The notes under the pieces: model-generated | Told to the model about the DNA's origin: nothing | Databases searched by the model: none | The model's input: the letters and a program-made list of their open reading frames with translations, nothing else | From: Fretibacterium sp. | Lineage (GTDB): Bacteria; Synergistota; Synergistia; Synergistales; Aminobacteriaceae | Reading direction: 5' to 3' | NCBI GenBank assembly: GCA_024681935.1 | Contig: JAIKZX010000161.1 | Location: 1 to 48,289 of the forward strand | Length of the DNA stretch: 48,289 bases | Part shown: positions 9,358 through 19,804 of the stretch, one piece after another | Layout of the letters: the number at the start of each line of letters is the position of its first letter | How positions within the stretch are numbered: position 1 is the first letter of the stretch | Translations under genes and position numbers: made by a program

Positions 9358-12300
9358 ATGGCGAGAAAAGAGATAGTCGGCGTCCGGATTAAGCTGGCGA
9401 CACCGGAGCGTATCCGCGAGATATCCAGCGGCGAGGTCAAGAAGCCGGAGACGATTAACTACCGCACGCTGCGCCCGGAAAAGGATGGGCTCTTCTGCGA
9501 GCGTATCTTTGGGCCCACGCGCAGTTTTGAGTGTGCCTGCGGAAAGTATAAACGAAGCGGCCCCAAGTTTCGCGGCGTCATCTGTGACCGCTGTGGCGTG
9601 GAGGTGACGGACAACCGCGTCCGGCGCGAGAGAATGGGGCACATCGAGCTGGCCGTCCCGGTGGTGCATATCTGGTATCTGCGGGGCATCCCCAGCCGTC
9701 TCAGCCTGCTTTTGGGCACCAGCGCCAAGGACCTGGAGAAGGTCGTCTACTTTGCCCCCACGCGCAAGAATGAAAGCGCCTGGAAGGTGACGGCTGTGGA
9801 CAGCAACTTCAACCAGGTGCGGAAGGACGACATCGTCTCGGAGAGCGAGATGAAGGTCCATGCGTACTACGATCCCTCCTTCCGTGCGGAGGAGGCGTTC
9901 TCTCTGGATTTTGTGGACGATGTGCCGGTCAATGAGGGGGACCTCCTTTCGGTGCAGCAGGTGGCCCGATACAAGACGGACTACGGCGATGAGACCTTCA
10001 GTGTGGAGCCTGCCTTTACATTGACGGCCCCGGCGGAGGAGCTGGGGCTGAAGGAGGGGGATATCCTTTCCGCCTCCAGGGTGGAGGAGTATGGCAGCAA
10101 GGTTGAGGTCGCACGCGCCAAAACGGGGGGGAGCGAAGCGTTTATCGTAACCGCTGTGGTGCATCTTCCCTTCTCCCGCGGCGACATCCTCTCCAAGAGC
10201 GAGCTTGCCTTTGTTCAGCAGAAGTATCCGGAACGCTTTCGGGCCAATCCCATTGCCAAGGTTGTGGACGACCCGTGCTACCTTGTGATTGAGCCGGGGG
10301 GATCCCCCTTCAGTCAGGGCGAGGTTATTTACGAGCGTCAGCAGATCATCTGCCAGGGGTATGACCGGAAGTTCGAGGCGGGTATCGGCGCGGACGGCGT
10401 GCAGACGCTGCTCAACCGCCTGGACCTCGACCAGCTCACGGCGGCTCTGCGCGAGGAAATCGCCGAGTGCAGCGGGCAGAAGAAGCGCAAACTGGTGAAG
10501 CGGCTTCAGGTGGCCGAGGATTTCCGCAAGAGCTCCTCCCAGCCCCAGTCGATGATTCTGAACGTTCTGCCCGTTATTCCGCCGGAGCTGAGGCCTCTGG
10601 TGCCTCTGGACGGGGGACGCTTCGCCACCTCCGACCTGAACGATCTTTACCGCCGCGTTATCAACCGGAACAACCGCCTGAAGAAGCTCCAGGAACTCCA
10701 TGCGCCGGAGATTATCATCCGCAACGAGAAACGGATGCTTCAGGAGTGTGTGGACGCTCTCATCGACAACGGCCGGGTCAACAAGGCCGTGCTGGGCGCG
10801 GGGAACCGTCCGCTCAAGAGCCTCACAGACCTGCTGCGGGGCAAAAAGGGACGTTTCCGCCAGAACCTTCTGGGCAAGCGCGTGGATTACTCCGGCCGGT
10901 CTGTCATCGTCATCGGCCCGCAGCTCAAGATTTACCAGTGCGGCCTGCCGAAGCAGATGGCGCTGGAGCTGTTCAAACCCTTTGTTATTCGCCGCCTGGT
11001 GGACAGCGAGCTTGCGCCGAATGTCAAAAACGCCAAGCGCATCATTGAGCGGGGCCGGGAGGAGATCTGGGGAATCCTTGAGGAGATTATCAAGGATCAT
11101 CCCGTCATGCTGAACCGCGCTCCGACGCTCCATCGACTGGGAATTCAGGCCTTCGAGCCTGTCCTGATGGAGGGCAAGGCTATCCGTCTGCACCCCATGG
11201 TCTGCACAGCGTTCAACGCGGACTTCGACGGCGACCAGATGGCTATCCACGTTCCCCTTTCCATTGAGGCCCAGGCTGAGGCGCGCCTGCTGATGCTCTC
11301 TGCCAACAACCTGCTGTCCCCGGCCAGCGGGCGTCCCGTCGTCACTCCGACGCAGGACATCGTGCTGGGGGTCTATTACCTGACGGACATGAAGAGTGGT
11401 CTGAAAGGGGAGGGGATGCACTTCTCATGCATTGAGGATGTGCTGGCTGCCTTTGACCATGAGACGGTGGACGTCAACACCCGCGTCTGGCTGAAGGACG
11501 ACCCCGCTTATCAGAGACGCCCCAAGGGGCGGCGTCAGTACCGCGGCGAAGACGGAAAGGCGGTTATTGTGGACCGGCCGGAGGATGTGAAAGCCCCCAG
11601 GGGGGCGACTGTGTTCTTTGAGACGTCGCCGGGCCGGGCTCTGTTCAACAGCATTATTTCTCCCGATCTTCGCTATGTGAATGAGCATCTGGATAAAAAG
11701 AGGATCGGCAGCCTCCTGGATGAGGCTTATGACAAGATTGACCGCGAGCACGTGGTGGAGATGCTGGACGCTGTGAAGTCTCTGGGCTACCATTGGGCAG
11801 CGCGGAGCGGCATCAGCTTTGGCGTCGATTTCATCATCATCCCTCCGGAGAAGAAGGAGATCACCCAACAGACCCAGGCGGAGGACGACGTGGCTAAGGA
11901 GAACTACGAGATGGGTCTTTTAACCCACGACGAGTATCTGGACCAGAAGAGCAAGCTCTGGGCCAACGCCACGCGGGACATCGCCAACAAGATCACCGAG
12001 CACATGGACAACGAGAACTCGGTGAGGATGATGGTGGAGAGCGGTGCCCGAGGAAGTCTGGGGCAGATGGGACAGATGGCCGGTATCCGCGGCCTGATGG
12101 CCGATCCCACGGGAAAAACCATCGACTATCCCATCACGGCCAACTTCCGCGAGGGCATGAACATGCTGGAGTACTTCATCTCCACTCATGGCGCAAGGAA
12201 GGGCCTGGCGGATACCGCGCTCCGTACGGCAAAGTCCGGCTACCTGACGCGCCGTCTGGTGGATGTAGCCCAGGACCTCATCATCACTCAGGAGGACTGC

Positions 12301-14517
12301 GGCACGGACAAGGGAATCTGCATCCATCCTCTGGAGAGCGAGGGCAAGACCATGATCTCCATCGCTGAGCGCATCGCCGGGCGCACAGCCCTGAACGATA
12401 TCCTGAATCCGGAGACCGGGGAGGTCATCGTGCCCAAAGGCGAGATCATCTCGGAGGCGAATGCCAGGGAGATTGACCGCGCGGGCATTAAAGAGGTATG
12501 GGTCCGCAGCCCGTTGGCCTGCGCACTCAAGCATGGCGTTTGCCAGAAGTGCTACGGCAACGACCTCTCCTCCCGTAAGCCGGTTCCCATCGGAGAAGCG
12601 GTGGGTGTCGTGGCGGCGCAGTCCATCGGCGAGCCCGGTACGCAGCTCACCATGCGCACCTTCCACACAGGCGGTGTCCGTTCGGCGGAGGACATCACTC
12701 AGGGTCTGCCCCGCATCGAGCAGCTGTTCGAGGTGCGGCGTCCGCGCAAGGTATCGCTGCTGGCGGGCCTGGACGGCGTGATTGAGGAAATCCGCAATGT
12801 TGAAGGCAAACGCAGGGTCGTTGTGGCCTCAAAGGATGGCAAGGAGAAGATTACCCATGCCATTCCCACCTCTCAGGAACTTCGTGAGGGCATTGAGGAG
12901 GGGATGGAAGTCACGCGGATGACCACTCTGACCGAGGGGAGCATTGATCCGCAGCAGCTTCTGGAGGTCAGCGGCATCGACGCCGTTCAGCGGATGCTGG
13001 TGGACGAGATTCAGTACGTCTACCATTCCCAGGGCGTTTCCATCAACAATAAGCATATTGAAGTCATCCTCCGGAAGGTGGCCCCTCTCAACAAGGTGAA
13101 GGTCGTGGAGGAAGGGGACACTTCCTTTGTCGCGGGTGACCTGGTGTGGGTGGATGAAGTCGAGGCGGCGGAGAACGCCATCAAAGATGATAACGAGCGT
13201 TACGTGGCCGAGGCCGTGCGTATTTTTGCGGGCGACATTCTGAAGTCCGTCAGAAAGGGCGACAAGGGCGACAGGGAGAAGGAGGCTGAGGAGTTCCAGG
13301 AGTACCTTGACAAGCCTCTGGACGAGGAGACGCTGCGTAAACTGCTGACGCCGGGGATGATGATTTCCTCACTGAGGCTCCTGCATCATGACGTAAACGT
13401 CGAGGTCATAATCGGCGTTGCCACCTTCCGCAAACAGATGGAGGACCTGGAGCTGGTGACCAACTTTGCCATCTCCAAGACCAATAAAAAGAACCGCATC
13501 AAAAAGGGAGCGCGTCTGAGCAAGGACGAGCTGCGTCAGATCACGAAAGGGGATCCCAGGATCATCCACGTGCGCGACCGTAATCTGCTGGACAAATTGT
13601 CGTCCTCTGCGTGGCTTGCGGCGGATGTGGTGGCTGAAGGCCAGATCGTGGCTGCCCGGGATACGCGTTTCACGCCGGAGGCAGCAGAGAAGGCCGCTGC
13701 CGCTGATGTTCCTGCCATCCGCGTTTGGCACAACGTGGAGCACATCAACATCATTGATTTGTTCCGCAATGCCCTGATGAACAACAAAGACGTGTGGGGC
13801 GCCAACCTCCGCAGCGCATTGGGTGCGGACAACAAGCCTCTCACGGATTTGCCCCGGTTTGTGGATGCCCACGTTGTTCAGGCCATGGCCCAGGGGACTA
13901 TTACGGCGATTGAAACGGACGGGGGGCTTCTCTCCCGGGCGAAACTTCTGGAAACCGTCCTGGCGGAAAAGCTGAGGGGGAAGGTCCTCCTGAGGCTGAC
14001 GACACCGGATGGGGATTATGAGGCCCCCAGTCAGGAGATTTCAGAGGAAATCCTCAGCGAGATTCACACTCGGAACGCGACAGAGCTGGACGTGCGTTCT
14101 GCCTCAGCCAGAGTGGATGACTATCCGCTGATTCGGGATGTGACTTTTGTACGGAAGCTGCGGGAGAGTCCGGAGTGCCGTCCGTTCATCCACGGCATCA
14201 CCAAGGCGGCTTTGGCAACGGACAGTTTCCTCAGCGCGGCCTCCTTCCAGCAGACGGCGCAGATTCTTGCGGGCGCGGCCGTCCGCGGACAGATTGACCC
14301 GCTTCAGGGCCTGAAGGAGAACGTCATTATCGGACATCTGATCCCGGCAGGCACAGGTGCGGAAGCCTTCCGCAACATTGCCCCGCAGGAGGAAGAGCCC
14401 GAGGTCCCGGCGGAGAAAAAAACGGAAGGGGAAGAGCCGGCGGAAAAGGATATGGGGGAGGATCAACCCGTGGAGGAAACTCCGCAGCCGGAGCTGGAAC
14501 AATCTCCTGTGTTATAG
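9358..14517 (+). CDS. rpoC: DNA-directed RNA polymerase subunit beta-prime (1719 aa) with large lineage-specific insertions
   Basis: Zn-finger region CGKYKR…CDRCGVEV, catalytic [10 protein letters not shown], trigger-loop and bridge blocks, and C-terminal [17 protein letters not shown]. It starts 5 nt after the rpoB stop. TAG stop. Confidence 0.95.
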   Translation: MARKEIVGVRIKLATPERIREISSGEVKKPETINYRTLRPEKDGLFCERIFGPTRSFECACGKYKRSGPKFRGVICDRCGVEVTDNRVRRERMGHIELAVPVVHIWYLRGIPSRLSLLLGTSAKDLEKVVYFAPTRKNESAWKVTAVDSNFNQVRKDDIVSESEMKVHAYYDPSFRAEEAFSLDFVDDVPVNEGDLLSVQQVARYKTDYGDETFSVEPAFTLTAPAEELGLKEGDILSASRVEEYGSKVEVARAKTGGSEAFIVTAVVHLPFSRGDILSKSELAFVQQKYPERFRANPIAKVVDDPCYLVIEPGGSPFSQGEVIYERQQIICQGYDRKFEAGIGADGVQTLLNRLDLDQLTAALREEIAECSGQKKRKLVKRLQVAEDFRKSSSQPQSMILNVLPVIPPELRPLVPLDGGRFATSDLNDLYRRVINRNNRLKKLQELHAPEIIIRNEKRMLQECVDALIDNGRVNKAVLGAGNRPLKSLTDLLRGKKGRFRQNLLGKRVDYSGRSVIVIGPQLKIYQCGLPKQMALELFKPFVIRRLVDSELAPNVKNAKRIIERGREEIWGILEEIIKDHPVMLNRAPTLHRLGIQAFEPVLMEGKAIRLHPMVCTAFNADFDGDQMAIHVPLSIEAQAEARLLMLSANNLLSPASGRPVVTPTQDIVLGVYYLTDMKSGLKGEGMHFSCIEDVLAAFDHETVDVNTRVWLKDDPAYQRRPKGRRQYRGEDGKAVIVDRPEDVKAPRGATVFFETSPGRALFNSIISPDLRYVNEHLDKKRIGSLLDEAYDKIDREHVVEMLDAVKSLGYHWAARSGISFGVDFIIIPPEKKEITQQTQAEDDVAKENYEMGLLTHDEYLDQKSKLWANATRDIANKITEHMDNENSVRMMVESGARGSLGQMGQMAGIRGLMADPTGKTIDYPITANFREGMNMLEYFISTHGARKGLADTALRTAKSGYLTRRLVDVAQDLIITQEDCGTDKGICIHPLESEGKTMISIAERIAGRTALNDILNPETGEVIVPKGEIISEANAREIDRAGIKEVWVRSPLACALKHGVCQKCYGNDLSSRKPVPIGEAVGVVAAQSIGEPGTQLTMRTFHTGGVRSAEDITQGLPRIEQLFEVRRPRKVSLLAGLDGVIEEIRNVEGKRRVVVASKDGKEKITHAIPTSQELREGIEEGMEVTRMTTLTEGSIDPQQLLEVSGIDAVQRMLVDEIQYVYHSQGVSINNKHIEVILRKVAPLNKVKVVEEGDTSFVAGDLVWVDEVEAAENAIKDDNERYVAEAVRIFAGDILKSVRKGDKGDREKEAEEFQEYLDKPLDEETLRKLLTPGMMISSLRLLHHDVNVEVIIGVATFRKQMEDLELVTNFAISKTNKKNRIKKGARLSKDELRQITKGDPRIIHVRDRNLLDKLSSSAWLAADVVAEGQIVAARDTRFTPEAAEKAAAADVPAIRVWHNVEHINIIDLFRNALMNNKDVWGANLRSALGADNKPLTDLPRFVDAHVVQAMAQGTITAIETDGGLLSRAKLLETVLAEKLRGKVLLRLTTPDGDYEAPSQEISEEILSEIHTRNATELDVRSASARVDDYPLIRDVTFVRKLRESPECRPFIHGITKAALATDSFLSAASFQQTAQILAGAAVRGQIDPLQGLKENVIIGHLIPAGTGAEAFRNIAPQEEEPEVPAEKKTEGEEPAEKDMGEDQPVEETPQPELEQSPVL

Positions 14518-14588
14518 TTTAATTCAGAAAAAACAGATTTTGATATAAAATAAGTACCAAGGACTAAAATCTATAAGGAGGAACAGCA

Positions 14589-16145
14589 ATGTCGTCTACA
14601 GTCGGTATCAAGAGCTATGCCTATTGCCTGAACCACGCGCCGGAGACCGGGAGCTGGTACGGCGGCACACCCTATGAAGCCCGTCACAGCGGCAAGGAGC
14701 AGGAGTATGTGGAAGCTTTGCCCAAGCATCTTCAGACCTACGATCAGGCCCTGCACTATGCGCCTAACCAGACTTACATCGGGGGCATTTCCTACGATGA
14801 GTTTGAGGCCGCCGCAACTCCCTGGACCGAGAACCCTCTGCCGGACGATAAGGCTGGACGTTACGGCAAGTTCGGTGAACTGATGCCGGAGGATGAGTTC
14901 CTGGGGCTCATCTGTGCCTGCGACGAGTTTGAGCTGGTGTGGCTGGAGAAGAGCTTTGCTGAAGAGGTTGGAGCAAAGCTTGCGAAGGACCCCGTCATCA
15001 CGGAGGCCATCGTGCAGCGTATCATCGACCCCAAGAAAAAACATCTGCAGGACCTCGCCTCGATTGAGGCGGAGTGCAAGGACCGCGCGGCGCTGGCTCT
15101 GCATTTTGGCGGCAAGGTTGTGGGCTGCATCCGCAGCGGTCACCCCACAGATGCCTGCCTCACCGCCCATGTCCTGATGGAGAATCTGGCGGGCAAGGCC
15201 TCCGGCGTGCTGGCGCTGCTTCACCTTCTGAAGAACAGCGGCCTGGCCCCGGCGGATCTGGACTTTGTGATTGAGTGTTCTGAAGAGGGCGCAGGCGACG
15301 TGGGCCAGCGCGCGGGCAACAACTTCGCCAAGGCTATTGCCGAGGTCGTGGGCTGCGTCAACGCCTCCGGGTGCGATGTGCGCGGCTTCTGCGCGGGCCC
15401 TGTCCACGCCATGATCAACGCCGCCTCTCAGGTGGCTTCCGGCGCAAGGAAGAACATCGCCGTGGTGGCTGGCGGCTCCATCCCGAAGCTGTACATGAAC
15501 AGCCGTGACCACGTGAAGAAGGGGCTTAAGGCTCTGGAGGACTGCGTGGGAAGCTTTGCTATCCTGCTGGTCCCGGATGACGGCACATGCCCCGTCATGC
15601 GTCTGGACGTTCTGGGCAAACACACTGTCGGCGCAGGCGGTGCGCCTCAGGCCATCACGTCATCCCTGACCTTTGAGCCGCTCCAGGCTGCGGGACTGAC
15701 CTTCCTGGATGTGGACCGCTTCGCACCGGAGATGCAGAACCATGAGATCACGGAGCCGGCCGGCGCGGGCAACGTGCCTCTGGCAAACACCAAGATGATT
15801 GCAGCGCTGGCCACTATGAAGAAGGCCATTGAAAAGGCTGACATGATGAACTTCATCAAGGAACGCGGCGTGGTGGGCTACGCACACACTCAGGGACACA
15901 TTCCCGCTGGCGTGCCGTTCATTGGCCCGGCGTGCGAGGCGATGAAGGCCGGGAAGATGAAGCGCGTTATGATTATCGGCAAGGGCAGCTTGTTCCTGGG
16001 CCGCCTGACGAACCTGGCCGACGGTGCGTCGTTCCTCATTGAGGCTCCGACGGGCGCTCCGGCAGCCTCGGCGGCAGTGAGCAAGGAGGACGTGAAGGCC
16101 CTTATCCTGGAGGCTCTGTCTGAGATCGCCGGGAAGCTGAACTAA
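14589..16145 (+). CDS. grdC: Glycine/sarcosine/betaine reductase complex protein C, beta subunit (thiolase/FabH-like)
   Basis: 518 aa, with the N-terminal K..Y.L.H.P pattern and the size expected for GrdC. It lies directly upstream of a PlsX-like GrdD partner. AAGGAGG RBS is 7 nt before the ATG. Confidence 0.7.
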   Translation: MSSTVGIKSYAYCLNHAPETGSWYGGTPYEARHSGKEQEYVEALPKHLQTYDQALHYAPNQTYIGGISYDEFEAAATPWTENPLPDDKAGRYGKFGELMPEDEFLGLICACDEFELVWLEKSFAEEVGAKLAKDPVITEAIVQRIIDPKKKHLQDLASIEAECKDRAALALHFGGKVVGCIRSGHPTDACLTAHVLMENLAGKASGVLALLHLLKNSGLAPADLDFVIECSEEGAGDVGQRAGNNFAKAIAEVVGCVNASGCDVRGFCAGPVHAMINAASQVASGARKNIAVVAGGSIPKLYMNSRDHVKKGLKALEDCVGSFAILLVPDDGTCPVMRLDVLGKHTVGAGGAPQAITSSLTFEPLQAAGLTFLDVDRFAPEMQNHEITEPAGAGNVPLANTKMIAALATMKKAIEKADMMNFIKERGVVGYAHTQGHIPAGVPFIGPACEAMKAGKMKRVMIIGKGSLFLGRLTNLADGASFLIEAPTGAPAASAAVSKEDVKALILEALSEIAGKLN

Positions 16146-16159
16146 AGGAGGCCGGGCTT

Positions 16160-17305
16160 ATGTCTGACCAGATTAAGCAAATAGTCGGAACGGCTCTGCG
16201 CGAAATTATCGAGTCGGCGAAGACCGGCGGCCCCAGGGTTCGTGTGGGACTCATGGCGGCGGGCAGCGAGCACGGCCCGGAGGAGATTGCCCGGGGTGCG
16301 CGGCTGGCGGCTCAGGGCGGCGGTGTCAGCCCTGTAATGATTGGCCCCCGGATTCCCGGCTATGATGAGCTGGAGTGGATTGAGTGCGACGAGGCAGAGG
16401 TCCCCGCGCGGCTTGAGAAGGCCGTGAAGGACGGTGAGGTCGAAGGCGCGGTTGCAATGCACTTCCCGTTCCCGCTGGGCGTCACGACAATCGGTCGTGT
16501 GATGACGCCGGGCCGGGGCCGCCCGATGATTCTGGCCTCCACCACGGGCACGTCCTCCACGGTGCGCGGTGAGGCTATGCTGCGCAATGCGGTCTACGGG
16601 ATTGCGACGGCAAAAGCCCTGGGTATTGCAGAACCCACGGTGGGTATTCTGAACGTGGACACGGCCCAGCCTGTGTTCCGTTCCCTCTCACACATGAAGG
16701 AGAAGGGATATCCCATCAAGTTTGGCACGTCCGTGCGGGCGGACGGCGGCTCAGTGCTGCGTGGCAACGATATTCTGACCGGGGCGGTGGATGTCTGCGT
16801 GACGGACACGCTGACGGGCAACGTGCTGATGAAGATGTTCTCATCCTTCACGACGGGCGGTTCCTACGAGTCCACGGGCTGGGGATATGGCCCCTCCTGC
16901 GGTGAGGGCTGGTCCTATGTTGTCTCCATCGTGTCCCGCGCATCGGGCGCGCCGGTGATTGCCAATGCCTTGACGTTCAACGCATTGGTCGTGGCGGGCG
17001 GACTGCCCGCAAAGGTGGCGGAGGAGCTGAAGGCTGCACGTAAAGCCGGTCTGGATGAGGAGATTGAGGCTCTGACTCCCAAAGCGGCTCAGGCGGAGGA
17101 AGATGTGAAAGCGCCTCCCGCAGAGCCTACGGACGATGAGCTCCATGGCATTGATGTCTTAGAGATTGACGACGCGGTGAAGGTCCTGTGGAAGGCAAAC
17201 ATTTACGCCGAGTCTGCAATGGGCTGCACAGGTCCGGTCATCAAGATGCCAGCCCGCCACATTGAGACGGCGAAGGAGCTTTTGAAACAGAACGGATATC
17301 TCTGA
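16160..17305 (+). CDS. grdD: Glycine/sarcosine/betaine reductase complex protein C, alpha subunit (PlsX-like fold)
   Basis: 381 aa with PlsX-like architecture. It starts 14 nt after grdC with an AAGGAGG RBS. Confidence 0.7.
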   Translation: MSDQIKQIVGTALREIIESAKTGGPRVRVGLMAAGSEHGPEEIARGARLAAQGGGVSPVMIGPRIPGYDELEWIECDEAEVPARLEKAVKDGEVEGAVAMHFPFPLGVTTIGRVMTPGRGRPMILASTTGTSSTVRGEAMLRNAVYGIATAKALGIAEPTVGILNVDTAQPVFRSLSHMKEKGYPIKFGTSVRADGGSVLRGNDILTGAVDVCVTDTLTGNVLMKMFSSFTTGGSYESTGWGYGPSCGEGWSYVVSIVSRASGAPVIANALTFNALVVAGGLPAKVAEELKAARKAGLDEEIEALTPKAAQAEEDVKAPPAEPTDDELHGIDVLEIDDAVKVLWKANIYAESAMGCTGPVIKMPARHIETAKELLKQNGYL

Positions 17306-17348
17306 TTTAAACGCTCACGCCGCTTGACTGCAAAACAGCAGAGAAATA

Positions 17349-17374
17349 ACAGGCCCCGCTCCGGCGGGGCCTGT
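17349..17374. terminator. Bidirectional hairpin terminator between convergent grdD and the msrA-like gene
   Basis: ACAGGCCCCGC (17349-17359), loop TCCG, GCGGGGCCTGT (17364-17374), followed by TTTCTT on the plus strand. Confidence 0.65.
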
Positions 17375-17377
17375 TTC

Positions 17378-18046
17378 TTAAATGGCCATAGCCCTCAGTG
17401 TCACGCGGTCATGGGAACTGAGGCCGTAGAGGTCGGCGCTTTCCGGCAGGCAGCGGAGAGCAGACTGTGAGGGCTGGCGCAGAAAGCCATTCAGCCGCGC
17501 CGCCAGGGTGGATCTGAGCAGGGCGTCCTCGCCCCCATAGAGTCTCAGCAGCTCCTCGTAAAGCCATGGGGCGGAGTGAAGGTAATACTTCTGCCATTTT
17601 TTTTCCGCGGGGATGAAGGTCTTGAGGGGAAGGACCCGCGCTGCAGGCTGAGCCGGGCCGCCGCAGAGGGTACTGCGTTCCACCGCCGCGCGGGCCAGGC
17701 GGCGTTCCTTTTCCGTCTTCACAAAGATTACCGCGCTGTGCCGCTGAACTGCGTCTAAGGGAATCATACGATACCAGCAGGTGAAGAGCTCCAGGAGCTG
17801 CCCATAACTCACCGACTGCGGATCGTACTCCACCCTGACGGCCTCCATATGATCACCGATATCCTCGTAGCTGGGGGAGGAGAACACGCCTCCGGCATAT
17901 CCGACGCATGTACGCCAGACCCCCTTCGTGAACCCCAGCCGCGCCTCTGCATCCTGAAAGCGCCCCAAAGCAAACAGAGCCGTTTCCAGACGCGTCGGCG
18001 CCATTGCGTCAATTGGCGGTTTCTCCAATGTCCACATGAATGTCAC
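17378..18046 (-). CDS. MsrA-family (peptide methionine sulfoxide reductase-like) protein lacking the canonical catalytic Cys
   Basis: VGYAGG…PSYEDIGDHMEAVRVEYDP..VSYGQLLELF matches the MsrA core. The position of the GCFWG motif reads GRFQD. Confidence 0.55.
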   Translation of the reverse strand: MTFMWTLEKPPIDAMAPTRLETALFALGRFQDAEARLGFTKGVWRTCVGYAGGVFSSPSYEDIGDHMEAVRVEYDPQSVSYGQLLELFTCWYRMIPLDAVQRHSAVIFVKTEKERRLARAAVERSTLCGGPAQPAARVLPLKTFIPAEKKWQKYYLHSAPWLYEELLRLYGGEDALLRSTLAARLNGFLRQPSQSALRCLPESADLYGLSSHDRVTLRAMAI

Positions 18047-18249
18047 TCTCCACCTGACCGGGCTATATCCCTGTCAATCAACGTTTTTATTATCCCTCAG
18101 CTCCTCCGCTCAGTTATCGTCAATAATTCGTATCTGAAAAGGCAGACGTTGCAAAATCCGCCAAATGACTCACAGGCTATACAGAACCCATAATACTGAC
18201 CAGCCAGACAAAAGGGATTCAGGACAGTATCTCTTAGTGACAGGGGCGT

Positions 18250-18288
18250 AAAAAAACAACGCCCTCCCTGTTTTTGGGGGAGGGCGTT
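18250..18288 (-). terminator. Rho-independent terminator downstream of the AEC transporter gene
   Basis: AACGCCCTCCC (18258-18268) pairs with GGGAGGGCGTT (18278-18288). On the minus strand it is followed by a run of seven T. Confidence 0.75.
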
Positions 18289-18309
18289 TGATTTTCTGAA
18301 AGAATCACA

Positions 18310-19227
18310 TCACATCGTCAGCAGCAAGGCACAGACCGGAAGCGTGACGATGCTGAGCAGGGTTGAAACAATGACCAGCGCTCCGGCAAACCCCTCGTCG
18401 TAATGGAACTGAACGGCAAAAACCGATGTGATGGCGGCACAGGGACACGCTTCCTGCAGCAGCGTCACCTGGGCAACCGTGTCTCGTACCCCCAATGCGA
18501 AAAAAACCGCCACACACACCGCCGGAATGATAAGCAGGCGAATCGTCACAGTCCGCCACAGCAGCGCGTCACGCAGGATGCCGGACACATTGCCTTCCGC
18601 CAGCAGCATCCCCGTTATCATCATTGAGATGGGGGTATTCATATCTCCAATATATTTCAGCGGGGCACGAACAATCTGAGGAACCGGTATCCTCAGATAA
18701 TAAATCATAAGTCCCAGCACAACAGCCCAAATGACGGGATTTTTCAATATTCTCCCCGCTTCTCCGCCCTCGTGCTGCCTGTTCATGAGCCTCACGCCCA
18801 GGGTCCAAAGAAGGAAATTAAACAGCGTCACGTAAACGCTGGCGTACATCAGCCCCTCTGTTCCATACAGAGCCTGAATCAGCGGATAGCCCATGTATCC
18901 GGCGTTGGAAAAGATGCAGGCAAGGCGGCAGATAGGAGTTTTTGGGTTGCCTCTGTCTCTGTTTAAAAGAAACGTCAGGCCAATGGCTGCCGCGTTAAGC
19001 GCAATGCTGTACGAAAACGCGCGAAATATGTTTTTGCTGACCTCCGGGTCATAGTCCGCAAGATAGGAGTTCAGGGCCATCGCCGGCATAATGAGATACA
19101 CCAGCATATTCGACAGAACAGACTTTGCCTCCGGCGAAAAAATCCTCATCTTCGCACAGAGAAGTCCCGTGAAAATCAGCACGAACAGGATACATACCTG
19201 CCAGAATGTTATGCTTGCCAGTTCCAT
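18310..19227 (-). CDS. AEC (auxin efflux carrier / malate permease-like) family transporter
   Basis: 305 aa with about 10 TM helices. The N-terminus FWQVCILFVLIFTGLLCAKMRIFSPEAKSVLSNMLVYLIMPA is typical of the family. Confidence 0.7.
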   Translation of the reverse strand: MELASITFWQVCILFVLIFTGLLCAKMRIFSPEAKSVLSNMLVYLIMPAMALNSYLADYDPEVSKNIFRAFSYSIALNAAAIGLTFLLNRDRGNPKTPICRLACIFSNAGYMGYPLIQALYGTEGLMYASVYVTLFNFLLWTLGVRLMNRQHEGGEAGRILKNPVIWAVVLGLMIYYLRIPVPQIVRAPLKYIGDMNTPISMMITGMLLAEGNVSGILRDALLWRTVTIRLLIIPAVCVAVFFALGVRDTVAQVTLLQEACPCAAITSVFAVQFHYDEGFAGALVIVSTLLSIVTLPVCALLLTM

Positions 19228-19283
19228 AGTTTAAGCCTCAATCTAATCGTTTTTTGCGTCTTTATATGCTTTCCGCGATATCA

Positions 19284-19709
19284 TCAGGCGGAATGCCCGC
19301 AACAGTTTACCCCTTTTACCATAACTCTTTCGTTCAAGACTTCAAACCCAAACTTTTGGTACAGTGCGTGTGCATCCCTTGTGATGAGAAGCCCGCGAAG
19401 CCCGGCATACTCCGGTAATGATGTAATGTGCGATACCAGCGCTGTTCCCAGTCCCTTGTGCTGATACTCCGTATCAATGATGACATCACACAGATAATAG
19501 GTCGTGGCATAGTCGCTGATGACCCGGGCAAACCCGACGAGCTTATCCGTATTTTCAGGATAAACGCCATAGCATGAGGAATTGTGCAGGGACTTCTCGA
19601 TTTGTTCAATCGGACGTTTATCAGCCCAGTACGTCATTCTAAGGAGCCGGACGATATCTTTTGTCTCCATTTTGTCCGAGCCCTCGACAATTCTGTAATC
19701 CATATTCAC
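19284..19709 (-). CDS. GNAT family N-acetyltransferase
   Basis: Acetyl-CoA binding motif region VIIDTEYQHKGLGTALV…YQKFGFE. Confidence 0.8.
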   Translation of the reverse strand: MNMDYRIVEGSDKMETKDIVRLLRMTYWADKRPIEQIEKSLHNSSCYGVYPENTDKLVGFARVISDYATTYYLCDVIIDTEYQHKGLGTALVSHITSLPEYAGLRGLLITRDAHALYQKFGFEVLNERVMVKGVNCCGHSA

Positions 19710-19749
19710 TCTCCTGTTTTCCCAATAAGTCCCAATTATTTATAATCCA

Positions 19750-19787
19750 AAGAATGAAAATCTCCCCCAGCCCCAGGCCGGGGGAGA
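19750..19787 (-). terminator. Rho-independent terminator at the end of the rnf operon
   Basis: On the minus strand: TCTCCCCC, loop, GGGGGAGA, followed by TTTTCATTCTTT. Confidence 0.6.
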
Positions 19788-19804
19788 AAGATTCTGTCCT
19801 GCGG

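Noticed and set aside
14589-17305. Possible selenocysteine (in-frame TGA) recoding in the glycine reductase genes.
   Set aside because: Only grdC and grdD are present. Both are continuous ORFs without internal TGA, and the Sec-containing subunits (GrdA, GrdB) are not in this window.
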